DNA of 61,662 nt, counting the filler, from Hausera hauseri (taxonomy: Eukaryota), in assembly GCA_046269625.1 (NCBI GenBank). It is 12 parts of 12 records of this genome, joined end to end, with 100 filler letters (N's around TTAATTAATTAA, not from the genome) between each part and the next. Parts side by side here need not be neighbours in the genome. Positions count along the whole stretch, not along the records: positions 21,556 to 25,912 come from JBJURY010619220.1; positions 26,013 to 30,087 come from JBJURY010778426.1; positions 30,188 to 36,266 come from JBJURY010144536.1; 9 more parts are not named here. One strand, given 5' to 3'. Below are positions 24,393 through 36,366 of this stretch, one piece after another (the stretch's first letter is position 1; every line of letters begins with the position of its first letter). The position numbers and the translations under genes were made by a program. The notes below the pieces were generated by a model. That model was given only the letters and a program-made list of their open reading frames with translations. It searched no databases and was not told where the DNA came from.

Positions 24393-25143
24393 ATGGCCAA
24401 CAATAACAATAATAGTCTTAATGCATGCTTGCTCGTTTCATGTCCCAGTTGCCAATTGGAGATGTATTTTTGCCGGTTTGTTTCTTATTGTGAAAACGAC
24501 TGTATCTCGGATTATATTTACCGTATAATTAAATATTTCTGTTGTAACGCAGTTTTGAGTCGTCACATCATTCGATATCATTCGAAGAGTGAATGTTTAA
24601 TGCGGTTGAAATACAAATGTATATGTGGAGATCAAAAGCCAAACGACGACGATTGTAACGAATTTCAATTTGTTAATTGTCACAATCATTGTCTATCATG
24701 TTTGCAAAGAACATGCGATTATAACAATTGTACCATTGTGTCTTGTGACAATAATTGTGGTGCTGTTATGCACAAATGCAAATTGGACGATCATGTACAG
24801 TACATATGTGGAAAATCTCTCGTTATGTCTAAATTTTGCCTATGGCTGCAAGAAGTTAATTTTCCGGGACTCGATGTCTAAACATGTGGAGAAATGTGCA
24901 GGCAGCATTGTTATTTGTACACGGAAATGTGGTCGACACATGAACGGTAACAAAATTTACGATTCATCGTTGGACTGTTCGTCGTTTTTCGGAAATTGGA
25001 AAATGAATTTACTCAATGAACTGAAAATAAAGGCGAACCACGTTGTTTGTTTGCGTTACGGGGATGCACTTGCATTGAGTGATCAGTTGCGTTTATTTGA
25101 AGAATCTCAACGGGTTTGCGATGCTGATGTGTCAAACTATTGA
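24393..25143 (+). pseudogene. FBXO30/FBXO40-like TRAF-type zinc-finger N-terminus, frameshifted
   Basis: HNHCLSC...C...CGAVMHKCKLDDH...C...CLNFAYGC...MSKHVEKCAGSIVICT...DALALSDQLRLFE follows the FBXO30/40 N-terminal pattern. Confidence 0.8.
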
Positions 25144-26931
25144 TACGACTCTAACGTAATTAATGAAATTAAAATGGTTTCAAAAATGCAAAGACTTTTT
25201 CACAAAGGTAATATTCATAATATTCATAATAACATTCATAAAACGGAAACGGTATTTGGTGTTTACGAATTCGTAAGAAGAACCATTACTCGGTATTACT
25301 TTGCCAATACTCGACATGGGTGTATGAATTTGGATTCACCGAATTTCGATCCCGATGCAACAGTTGATGAAAAAACTGAATCGGCCTTTGAGGGATTCAT
25401 GTTCGGGGAATTTTTTCCACTTTCTACGAGAAGCCACCCGTTGCCGACAAGCGAAATTCGTTGACTGGGAATATTAGTTGCATCACAGATTATGAACAAA
25501 ATATGATTTATAAAGAGGGTGATTATCCATATCAGTTATTTTGGTGTGCGACAAGACAACATCAAACTAATGGCTTGATTTTTGGTGGATTTTATTCGAA
25601 GACTGTGACAAATCCTTTGACAAATTCACAGTCTTTTCTGGAAGGGTTCACGTCTAACCATTTTATTGATTCCATTTACTTTGTCTCTCGCCTGATCAGG
25701 GTCTGGCTTTAAAGGTGCCCCATTTTAGTGGATTATACACCAATGTCTTTGGTAATCCTTTGGCTGTGTCGAAATCCCTAGCAGATCACAAACAATACCC
25801 CGAAACATGCCCAATTTGATATACTAGTGTTTATATGTCTGCTGATAAAACCGTAATGCAGATGTTTGCTAAAATTATGTATGACCCGTGGGACATTGAT
25901 TTAAAGCTTAGTNNNNNNNNNNNNNNNNNNNNNNNNNNNNNNNNNNNNNNNNNNNNTTAATTAATTAANNNNNNNNNNNNNNNNNNNNNNNNNNNNNNNN
26001 NNNNNNNNNNNNGACAAAATTCGTCAGGAACCACAATGTATGTCATGCCCGTCAAACAAGAACTCAGGTTCACTGATTGGTCAAAAACAAACAGTCCGAC
26101 ATATGTAGTATATGCCGATATGGGTACTGTCTTACCACGGCATCATATATATGACCAAAAACATGTTCAAATCGCCATCGGTATGTTAGTTGTCTTAGTA
26201 AAAGCTGCAGGTCAACCTCAATATTATGCTTCCCACGGAAGGAATTGTGTACGCGATTTCATGCAGCAGTTTCAAACCCTAGTGGGAACTGAAATCGCAC
26301 CCTGGTACATTAGAAATAGCAATAAACTCTTGATGTGTACAAACAAAGATGAACGCCTGACGTTTGCAGTCACAGAGGAATATTACCTGTGCCACAAAAT
26401 GTTAACTTTTGACGCATTGGAACAACTCCTACCGGATCACGATCGTTTTGCGGATCGATATCTCGGAGCAGCATGTAATTTATGCAATTTGGCGAGGCCT
26501 GTGCGGCTATTCTTATTGGTGGTATTTCATAACTTCAGGGGTTATGATTGGCACCATATTTTGAAATGGGCAATAAACGGATTTCCGCACTGGGAACTAT
26601 CCATAATTCCGACTACGATGGAAAAATACCTGTCACTGCCTGTTTGTGTAAACCAGTTCTAGGTACGCTTCCTCGATTCATTGCAATTTCTCAACGAATC
26701 ATTGGCAAAGCTGGTAAATGCCTTGTCAGACTTGCCGATAGCACTGACACAGTTACCCGCATATATCGCACACAGAAAATACATATTTCCATATTACTTT
26801 GCAACATCGTATGAGCGACCCCGGACAGCACAGGAATTACCACCGTGATGGACAGGTATCTAAAAGGATGAAAACCGGAAAGCACAGAGGTGTTGGACAG
26901 AACTCGACGGTAGAAATATGTTGATTTCATG

Positions 26932-28365
26932 TGTGGTGCCCACAGCGGCCCGTGCCCTTTGGCCCATTTGGTCGGACACAGTCGGGCTTTCGCTACCTTC
27001 GCGTCGGGCCCATAGGCGGGCCCCCGATCTTCCGCCTTGAAAGAATTCAAAAATTACGACAAAATGGCCCAACATTCGTGTTCGGATTTCATCTGCAGAC
27101 GTAATAGTATATTCTGTGTTTACGAATCGAACATCAACGTAGCAAACAGTAAGAAGTTGCGTGTTCAATCTCAACGTACAACCAGTCCACCGCCGAGTAC
27201 CTTTTATTCAGTGTTTGAAAAGAATTCCTCATCGTCTTTTGTAGCCGTTCAGCATTCGAAATCGGTACCTATGCAATTATCGTTTCCCCAACAAAATATT
27301 AATAAATGCAAGCCATCGAATTTGGATGTTGTTGCAACACCGAAACGAGGTACTCGTAAGAAGGGTATATTGAACTGTTTAGTTTTCAGAAACCGATCTC
27401 ATTCCCATTCGAAATCAATCGAAGACAATTTCCTACTGCAGCAAAACAAAAAGCTTTTCCCGATCAGTTAAAGCAGATGATTATAAAAATCTCTCTGATC
27501 GAAGCTTGACTCTTCCAAATCTCAAATCCAGTGAAATCGACTTATCAGTTCAAATAAAAAATTCTCAACTTCTTAGTATAGACTTAATAAAAGATTATTT
27601 AAATCAATCAGATTATACACTGTCTTCCTCCGTTCATGGTAGACCACTTAACAAGTCTATTCAAAATACTCAAAATCAGTTTTGCATATCAGCTCAAAAT
27701 TTCCCGCTTTCGATATCAAACTGTTACTCGAACAGAATAACGAGCAGCAGAAAACAATGTAGAATCTATTGTGTCGCGCTTAATTCAAAATGCCGGATTC
27801 GTTGACCCTTATGTGTGTCATTTGTTGTGGTGCTTTTGTACATAAAAAAGAAATTTTTGTTTTAAAAAGAAAAAACAATATACGATTTGTTTTGATAATA
27901 AAAAAATTTGCACACTATTGAATTTATATTGATGATTTTCTTTCGCCATTTTTTGAAATTTTATTCTGGTCAATTCTGATATTGATATTTTGCAACAGTC
28001 GGTTATTGAGTAGATGTTGAATCTGGTTAATGATGCAGTTGATGAATTTTTTCCAATTGATAGCAAATTTCTGTGAGGAGTGCTCGTTATGCGATGCTGC
28101 CGATCGAGTTTACTACATGATGGAAATGTTCTGAATACGTTTGGATGCATTTTGGTTTTTCGCCTGCGATATTTGTCTTACGGTGTCATCTGGCATGTTA
28201 ACAATGGGAATTATTCCGTATTGATTTGCTGCAATGCCGATGCATCTCTCGTTATGCCACTGTTCGTTGTTTGCAAAGCGGAAAATCTGCTTGCATCATG
28301 GTGTCAGGATGATCAAACTGGTACTCAATATTCCATCAGTCCGATGGATTTGTTGACTTATAACA
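26932..28365 (+). mobile_element. Insertion beginning with the Gypsy LTR terminus (solo-LTR-like unit with cargo)
   Basis: Starts TGTGGTGCCCACAGCGGCC. PolB reading stops at ...TTC ATG (26931) and resumes CTC CAG TAT GTT AAA CTG GAT (28368), matching M|LYYLKLD in the other PolB copy. Imperfect target duplication CATG/CATA. Confidence 0.8.
28205..28360 (+). pseudogene. pogo/Tigger-like DDE_1 transposase fragment inside the insertion
   Basis: YSVLICCNADASLVMPLFVVCKAENLLASWCQDDQTGTQYSISP resembles the DDE_1 segment TVLxCCNAxG...P.VVYKGKNLxxSW...GTxY. Confidence 0.6.
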
Positions 28366-30187
28366 TACTCCAGTATGTTAAACTGGATGCGTACTTATTA
28401 GCTAATGAGTTCCAAGCATTTTGAATAAAAGTGTTGACTGAAGATAGGCTGTAGTCGCTCAACTTTTATCCCATACCGGGATTGAGTTGGGCATCAGCTC
28501 TAATGTCATTGTATCGAGACATTGAGCTGCTGCAAGACCCGAAAATGTACCGACTTTTTTGATCTTGGTATTTGATGCGGCATGACATTTGTCAACAAGC
28601 ATCCGGTCAGTGCTACCAATACCAGATCACTGCTGTATATTTATATTAATAACCTGTACGGTTTGGCGCTTTTGTAAACCTTGCCGTATGGTTAATTCGA
28701 ATAGGTTGTCGACAGACAAGATCTGGACGACATAATGGTAAATCTGCGACGAGCAGACATGGCGGGCTCAGTCGGATACATGATGATGGTCGATCTCCTG
28801 GTACCAGATGAGCTGCATGACGTTTTGCACGATTTACCGGTCACACCATTTAACCAATATCCAGAAACTTCTCATGACGCATGAAGCGAAGCTGAATTAC
28901 ATGGTCCATTTGCGTGTGTTACAGTTCTACATGCAGCTCAGTGTTCGCGTCATACAGCTGCATCGTGCAAGCCGATTTGTTCAGGCTCCCATATTCAAGG
29001 CGTACATAGATGGAAATTAGGAGAAACGAGCCGCAGCTTGTACAAAGTTCGAAAAGGACTACCACAAGCTGAAAAATAATTCTCTGTACGGAAAAACAGT
29101 GGAGAATCTGGAAATGCGGCTCAATGTACACCTATGCAATAGCGAAAAGCGGTTGGTCACGTACACAAGTAAGGCGCAATTTCGTCGATCAATGCATATA
29201 GCCGATGGATTGGTTGCGGTGCTGTTAAACAGAGAAGAAGTCGTTCCGGACCAGCCAAGTTACATCGGACAAGTGGTATTGGACCTGAGCAAGTTGCGTA
29301 TGTATGAGCTACAGTATCGCGACTTGGCACGTTGCCGGCAAATGTTTGACGGCTGTGACACTAGTATAATGCCGGTGACATACAGTTCTTTTCTGCGGCT
29401 GAAAAAAGTCAATCGCAAACAGCTACTGTAGCTAATGCAGTCAGGTGGATTACTGAACACGTCCAACTACCCAGCGGTTCACCCGTTGTACAGCAGCGCG
29501 ATTACCAACAAAATCGGCTGCTTCAAGGATGAAAGTGAAGGCAGGATTTAGTATCGGGAATGGATATTCCTACGCCAAAAGTGTTACAGTCTTCTGACGG
29601 ACTGTGGACCGAAAATGCGGGCAAAAGTAGTCCAGCTGAGACAAACGAAAATTGACCACGGTGATTATCGCCGTATACATGAAGAAGCGGCAGAAGGAGG
29701 ACAAACAGTGGCTGTTGTGTCTGAAATGATTATCAAATTAAATGAACGCCAGCTGTACACAATAACTAGTGCAAAAGTCCCTTTTTCATGTAACGATGAT
29801 AAGCGAAAGTGGATGGGGCGAAATAAGAGTTGGGCGTACGGACATTAGTAGCTGAAATAACCGCACGTCCAAACAATGGGTGCTCTGTCGGTTCAGACAA
29901 ATCGGTTCAGTTCAGTTACTGTGACAATCACTGACAATTATGCGATGTATATTGTGTTTTTATATTTCAATAACGTATTTTGTTCAGTGTCTTGTGTTTT
30001 GTTTTCGGTTACTTACTTAGCCTGTTATTTTTAAGTAAGATAGAAGTAAAAGTAATACAATAACCTTTCACGAGTAAACAAAATATGNNNNNNNNNNNNN
30101 NNNNNNNNNNNNNNNNNNNNNNNNNNNNNNNTTAATTAATTAANNNNNNNNNNNNNNNNNNNNNNNNNNNNNNNNNNNNNNNNNNNN

Positions 30188-33100
30188 CAGCAACAATCGC
30201 AAAAGTGTCCGGCATGCTACAACGACAAACAACTCTTGCTAATTTTCGCTTTAGTTTTAATGGATTTTTTCTCCGACAATTCGACATCATAACACGTTAC
30301 ACCCACACATCGTCAACATCTATACTGACTGTACACTATTGTCTGTTAGGTGGATCTGAGCCAAAAGGCACTTCTAAGGACCAACAAGTCTTTGCCGACA
30401 TTCCTACTATAAACGTACAGCTAAACTCACCTATACCTCCGTCTTCTACTGTAAATTTACCTTGCGTAGAATACTTTATTGACAAGCAACATTCCAGCCG
30501 GACGTGGTTGGACTTTCATGCGGCTTGGTTGAAGTCGAATAATATCGTCAACTCTTTTCTTAAAGCAAACAGCTTGCTTATACTCTTGCCTTCCAACAGT
30601 AAGTCGCAGCTTCCAAATTTGTCGGAAATTTTCTAAAGCAGTGACCCATACAAAACAATTTTAACTCGATTTTAGAAATCACGGAACCATCTCTGGATAA
30701 CATTATCTACATATATTTCAATGACAACACCATAGACACATTGAAACCGTCAGAATTTCTTCAAACCTCACTAACTCAATTGAGTATTTTAGGCGTTAAT
30801 CAAGCAAACAACGCCGATTTACTATAAAGATATTTTCTGCAGGCTTTACCTAGAGAAATACGGGCACTGTTGACCATAGTAAAGGACACATCGTCACTAC
30901 AAAAACTAGCACAACTGGCTCACAAAAGCCACGAGACATTACATACACATACAGCCCCATTAGTAGCCGATACGCTACAAACACCAACAACTCATCAAGC
31001 TAGCGACATAGCTAATTTGAACTCACATAAATTCTTTACGTTCTGGAAACGCCAACATACACCAAGCAATTTCTGCACTCACGTCAAAAATCGAAGCTTT
31101 GACCATGCCTAGACGAAATCGTTTCGATGCAAACCATAGCCGCACTTCATCTCAAATTTCAAGGCATGCGAGGTCACCTACACGATCAATGGTGTGTTTC
31201 TACCACACCAAATTCAAAAACAACTCCACTAAATGCTGCTTAGGTTTCAGATTTTATGCTCCCCATTTCAAACGATCCGATATTATCTGCATATACCATA
31301 ATAAATTCAATTATAAAGCACAGAACTGAGTTACAGGCTGCACATTCGTTAACCGATCTAATCCATCACATCCTACACCTTCCAACAACATAAATCCTGT
31401 GCCTCCAAAAAACTCTTAAAGCCGCCAGATGTTTTGGCACATGCTGGCAAAGGCAAACGTTTTCATCCTGATAGCCGTACTTTTGCCGTTTTCACATTAA
31501 AAGCCTCTTTAACTTCCAAATTCAATCAATCAATCAACTTCCCTATTGACTCTGGGGCAGCTGTTTCCTTGTTACCACCATCCATCAATACACTGTCCAT
31601 CTCATTATTTAACACCAAATTGTACACAGCTAACGGCCAAGCCTTACGCATTTTCGGCACGTCCAAGGTTTCATTCACTTTACCATCATTCTCCGACATT
31701 TTCAATTGGACTTTCATCGTTGCCGACACAATCTCCAATACTTGGGTCTGATTTCTTATCTTTCTACAACTTCCTTGTAGGTTGTAGACAACGTCGGATA
31801 ATTAAAAGCAGTTCAACAAAGCCAACCTCAACAAATAACCAACCGATCATGCAGCCGATCTCGACTATTAAATCAATATTAAAGAAACCATCAACCAATG
31901 TGAATAAAAACCGTATTAATACCAATATAAATAATCTTACGTTTCTGTTGAAGTCCGATTTCGGCAGCCCAATTTCTACCGTTTCTAACACTAAGTCCAA
32001 TCAAGCCACTGCCGTGACAACGACAGCCTTTACTACGCTTAGCCAAGAAATGCAACAATATTTAACCAAGTCTTGTTTTTATACAATAAAAGACCCAGCA
32101 TTTCGATTGGCTAACACGACGTTTCATTATATCACAGAAAATCCTAGGCCCGTTAGGCAAAAACTCCGCCCGCTTTCACCACGCCGTCGACAGAAGTCCA
32201 AGCGGAATTCTCTGCACTCGAGCAAGCTGGCATAATAAAACGGTAAAAATCACCGTGGGCATCACTCCACATCGTCCCAAAAAGATGGTACATTCCGTCC
32301 ATGTGGTGATTATCGCCAACTTCATAACGTCACTACCATGGATGCTTATTCTCTACCTTTGATTAAGGAAATATTACATTCTTTACACAAGACAACAATT
32401 TATTCGACCATAGATCTCGAAAAAGCCTACCACCAAATACCAGTAGCACCCGAAGCATCTAAAAACGGCCATAATAACACCTTTTGGTCTTTTTGAATAT
32501 GTATTCATGCCGTTCAGTTTAAAGAATGCAGCACAAACTTTTAGACGACACATTGATTCAGTCCTTTTAGGTTTGCCATTTGTATATCAGTACATAGATA
32601 ATATACTAATCGCATCTACATCACCCATACAACACGAAGAACATCTCAGACTAGTTTTCCAATGCTTACACAACTATAATTTGCAAGTGAACTTTTCTAA
32701 GTGTTCCTTCTTCCAGAAAAAGGTCAATTTCCTTGGCCACGTCATCACACCTGACGGTCACAGTCCACAGCCGGACAGAATATATCAGTTACGAAACATC
32801 GAGTTACCAAAAACCACTACTGACATGCGTAGTTTCCTTGGGACTTTACATTTTGTTCATAAATACGTCCCACACTGTATCCAGTTAACTTCTCCTTTCG
32901 CTCAACTAGGAGCAGAAGAAACCTTTATATTGTACGCCAGAACTTGAAAACCAGTTTCATGAACTTCTCGACAAGCTTAAAACAGTTGAAATCTTAGCTT
33001 ACCCAAAACATGATGCTGACCTCATTTTAACAACCGACGCATCAACCACAGCAGTAGGAGCGGTTCTTCATCAAATATCTCAAGGTATATATGATCCGTT

Positions 33101-34901
33101 AGAATTCTTTTCACGTAAGCTCCAGCCACAAAACGCGGTTATTCCACCTTCGATAGAGAACTCCTGGCCATTGTTTTAGCTCTCAATCAATTTTCACATT
33201 TGCTTATTGCTCGTTCCTTCGCCATTCAAACGGACCATAAACCTCTTGTTTACGTAATGAATATGAAGCAACCATCACTTCTACAAGAACGCCATATTTC
33301 ATATCTGTCAACACAACTTTAAAATTTGTCATATTTCTAGCACTGACAATTTAATAGCCGATTTTTTATCACGGTCAGTCGGTGCAATTAATCTCACACC
33401 AATATTCTCTAGGGAACAATTAATCCAAAATTCTCCTTCAGCTGAAATTCTTAAACAGTACAAATTTGTCCAAATTATCGATGGAATAGCCATGGACACG
33501 TCGACACCTGGGCAACATTTGGCAATCTTGGCATCTTCTCTACAACAAATAGCATTTAACCATATCCATTCGTTACATCACCCAGGTACGAAGGCTACAT
33601 TTCGCCTTCTTAAACGTCACGTTACATGGCCGTCGATGAGGTCTGACGTACAGAACTGGATTAGGCAATGTGTGGATTGCCAAAAATTCAAGGTAGCTAA
33701 ACATCTCAAGCCTCCTTTATTCCACTTTTCCTGCACGCCCCGTTTTGAATCTGTACATCTAGATATCGTTGGCCCATTACCTTCGGATAACGGCCGCCAA
33801 TTCATCTTAACAATGATGGACCTCGCATCTCTTTGGCCTGAAGCCGTTCCATTGCGCTCCATCAATATAGACTCCATAGCCGATACATTCAGAAGAATTT
33901 GGATTAGCCGGTTCGGTTCACCTCGCTATATAATTACAGACCAAGGTCCTCAATTTGAATCGAACCTATTCAAGTCTTTAGTTAATCGATTGGGAATAAA
34001 TCATATACACACAACTCCATATCACCTCCAGTCAAACGGCTTATTGGAACGCTTTTATCGCACTCTCAAGATCTCGTTAAAAATCCTGGCCGAAACTCCT
34101 AATAATTGAAACAAGCATCCTCCCTTTTGTTTTACTAGGGTGGCACAACACGCCTTCTACTACCACCGGTTGCACACCCGCTAGAGCACTTTTCGGTACC
34201 ACAATTAGCGCACTTTTTGAACTCACCGATTTGGACAACACACTAACTGACTAAACAATTAGGTCTGCACAAAGTCACTTCGTTCAGTTAAGCCAGGATT
34301 CTTTCTGCAAAATAGTACATGGTGACAAAACATACTTACCTGACTCGCTATTTAATGCAAAGTTCCTGTGTTTAAAAAACCCTTCACCCTCCGGTTTCCA
34401 ACCAAACTATTTAGGACCATTCAAAGTCCTCAATATTACCTCTCATACAGTTACAATAATAAAAAACGATAAAGAACCAAACGTTCACATAAATAATGTG
34501 AAACCTGCATTCTTCGTTAATGATACACCGGATCCCTCATCTGAGTCCTCACAAACCTTTCTTGACTCCTTCAATTCTTTTTCCACTCTACCTACACGAC
34601 AACCTGCTACTCCAAAACCCGCAGCAACTCAATCAGCTACACCAAGTGACATACCGACCAGTTCTCAACCTGCTGAAATGTCAAATCAAAAATTAATTTC
34701 ACGAAAACCTCTTCAACAGGCATTAAAGCAGCACGTCAAACAAAACAAGACAGTAACTTTCAGTAAATACAGCAGAGAACAAAATATCGATAAAATTCAA
34801 CGTCTTGTCCATACAAAGACCCAATAGTTCGCTTACACAGTTCTGCTTTGTCTTCTTACTTTCGTTACATTAACACAGCGTCATTTTCGTAACGGGGGTA
34901 G
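30188..34901 (+). mobile_element. Ty3/Gypsy LTR retrotransposon internal region (UBL-gag, PR, RT, RH, IN, PPT), degenerate
   Basis: UBL ending CLLGG (30354); Gag; protease IDSGAAVSLLP / ILGSDFL; RT IDLEKAYHQIP, MPFSLKNAAQTF, YIDNILI; RH TTDAS, TDHKPL; IN HSLHHPG...CVDCQ, VHLDIVGPLP, TDQGPQFES, NGLLERF; PPT GGGGGTAG at 34894-34901. Confidence 0.96.
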
Positions 34902-34922
34902 TGTGGTGCCGAGGACTCGGGC
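34902..34922 (+). repeat. LTR 5' terminus, second variant (TGTGGTGCCGAGGACTCGGGC)
   Basis: Directly after the PPT; 20/21 identical to 51805-51825, after which the two copies are unrelated. Confidence 0.75.
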
Positions 34923-35049
34923 GCCATCACAGCAAGTGTATACTAGTAATCACACAAACAATCAGATTCATGTTAAATCTTCCACAAATCAGAACAGCGA
35001 TGAAGAAACCTCAAAAGCCATAGGTCGAAATTATTTTCGTCAAAAGAAA

Positions 35050-35400
35050 CGAATGGCGATCGAGAAATTTGAAGATACTGACGAAAAGCCCTGTCAAATT
35101 TGTTTAGGTACTAATTTACCTGAAATGATTCTTTTATGTGATTCGTGTGATTTGGGTCATCATGCAATGTGTTTGAAGCCATCGTTGATGAATATTTCAG
35201 AGAGAAATTGGTATTGTCTCAAATTCCAAAATAAAAATTGCTCATATCTTGACCAAAAAAAATTATTGTCGAAATCGAACAGTGTCAGATTAAAATTGCA
35301 GCAAAAATTCGAATGCAAGAAAGATTAAATTTTGTGAATATATCTATGTCGAATATTTTGTCGAGTACTCGAACAAGAAAATCGCACAAGAAGTACGGCA
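35050..35400 (+). pseudogene. RSF1: RSF1-like PHD-finger fragment
   Basis: DEKPCQICLGTNLPEMILLCDSCDLGHHAMCLKPSLMNISERNWYC and downstream ERLNFVNISMSNIL resemble the RSF1 PHD finger and its following motif. Confidence 0.72.
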
Positions 35401-36366
35401 AAGAATCAGAAGAGTTTTTCTCTGAGAAGTCTTCAATGTCACCTTCCGTTTCCTCTAGTTCAGGATTGTATGATTCTTTAGAAGACTCTGACTCAATGTC
35501 TGAATCGAATTGTAAGCCATGGGGTCGACTGAGAAATTGGAATCTGTCAGAAAAAAAAATAAAACGAAATAGATAGAGGTGCATCCGATACCGAAAATCC
35601 GATCAGATTAAAAATTCCAAAAGTTGAGGATTGTACCGAGCCACTGCCGGTGTGCGTTGATAACAGACGTGCCGATTAGATACATGAAGAACCTGCCGAT
35701 CCGATCAATGACACGTTGGACAATATGTCTGATTCGTTATGCATCAAAAATCCGATGAGAACCAACGAAGATAATGATTACAATGTCGAAGATGAAGTAG
35801 ACTCAAAAACGGAATGTGAAATGACTTCTTCAATCTGTGTTTTGTAGATGCTGTACATATGTTTTATCCTAATTTTTGTGTCTTTGGACTATTGACTGTT
35901 TTCAATTAAATATAACAAAATATGGAAAATTGATTAGAATTTTTTATTGGTTTTAATGGAAATAAAGCTTGTTCAAGTATAGTTTTGTCTACTTAACAAC
36001 ACCCCTCCCGAGGAGAAAAAATTGATGTGGTTCGCAGATGAGTCATGCGTAGAAAAAACGATGCATACACGCACGATTAATAGGGCGTAGACAGGAGACA
36101 ATCGCAAAGTGGATACACACAAGGAAGTGTACTGCATGGTTTTTAGGTACGTGTAAAAATTTAAATTTCGCGCAAAATTTTTTTTGTTTTAATTTTGCTG
36201 ATTGGGTATAAATGTAGGTGTGCAAATAGCATGGCGTTGTTTTAAGGAATAGTACTACAAATGGTANNNNNNNNNNNNNNNNNNNNNNNNNNNNNNNNNN
36301 NNNNNNNNNNTTAATTAATTAANNNNNNNNNNNNNNNNNNNNNNNNNNNNNNNNNNNNNNNNNNNN

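Larger units (their letters stand above)
26013..29848 (+). mobile_element. Polinton/Maverick-type protein-primed DNA polymerase B pseudogene, interrupted by a ~1.43-kb insertion
   Basis: VVYADM, DHDRFADRYLGAACNLCNL, VFHNFRGYD, RFLDS, INNLYG, KLKNNSLYGKT, IGCFKDE, NDDKRKW. Collinear with the copy at 42300-45497 on both sides of 26932-28365. Confidence 0.9.

Noticed and set aside
31870-31890. KSILKK (PP1 SILK-like motif) in the protease-RT linker
   Set aside because: The other copy has KLILKK and the motif is short; two copies are not enough to claim function.
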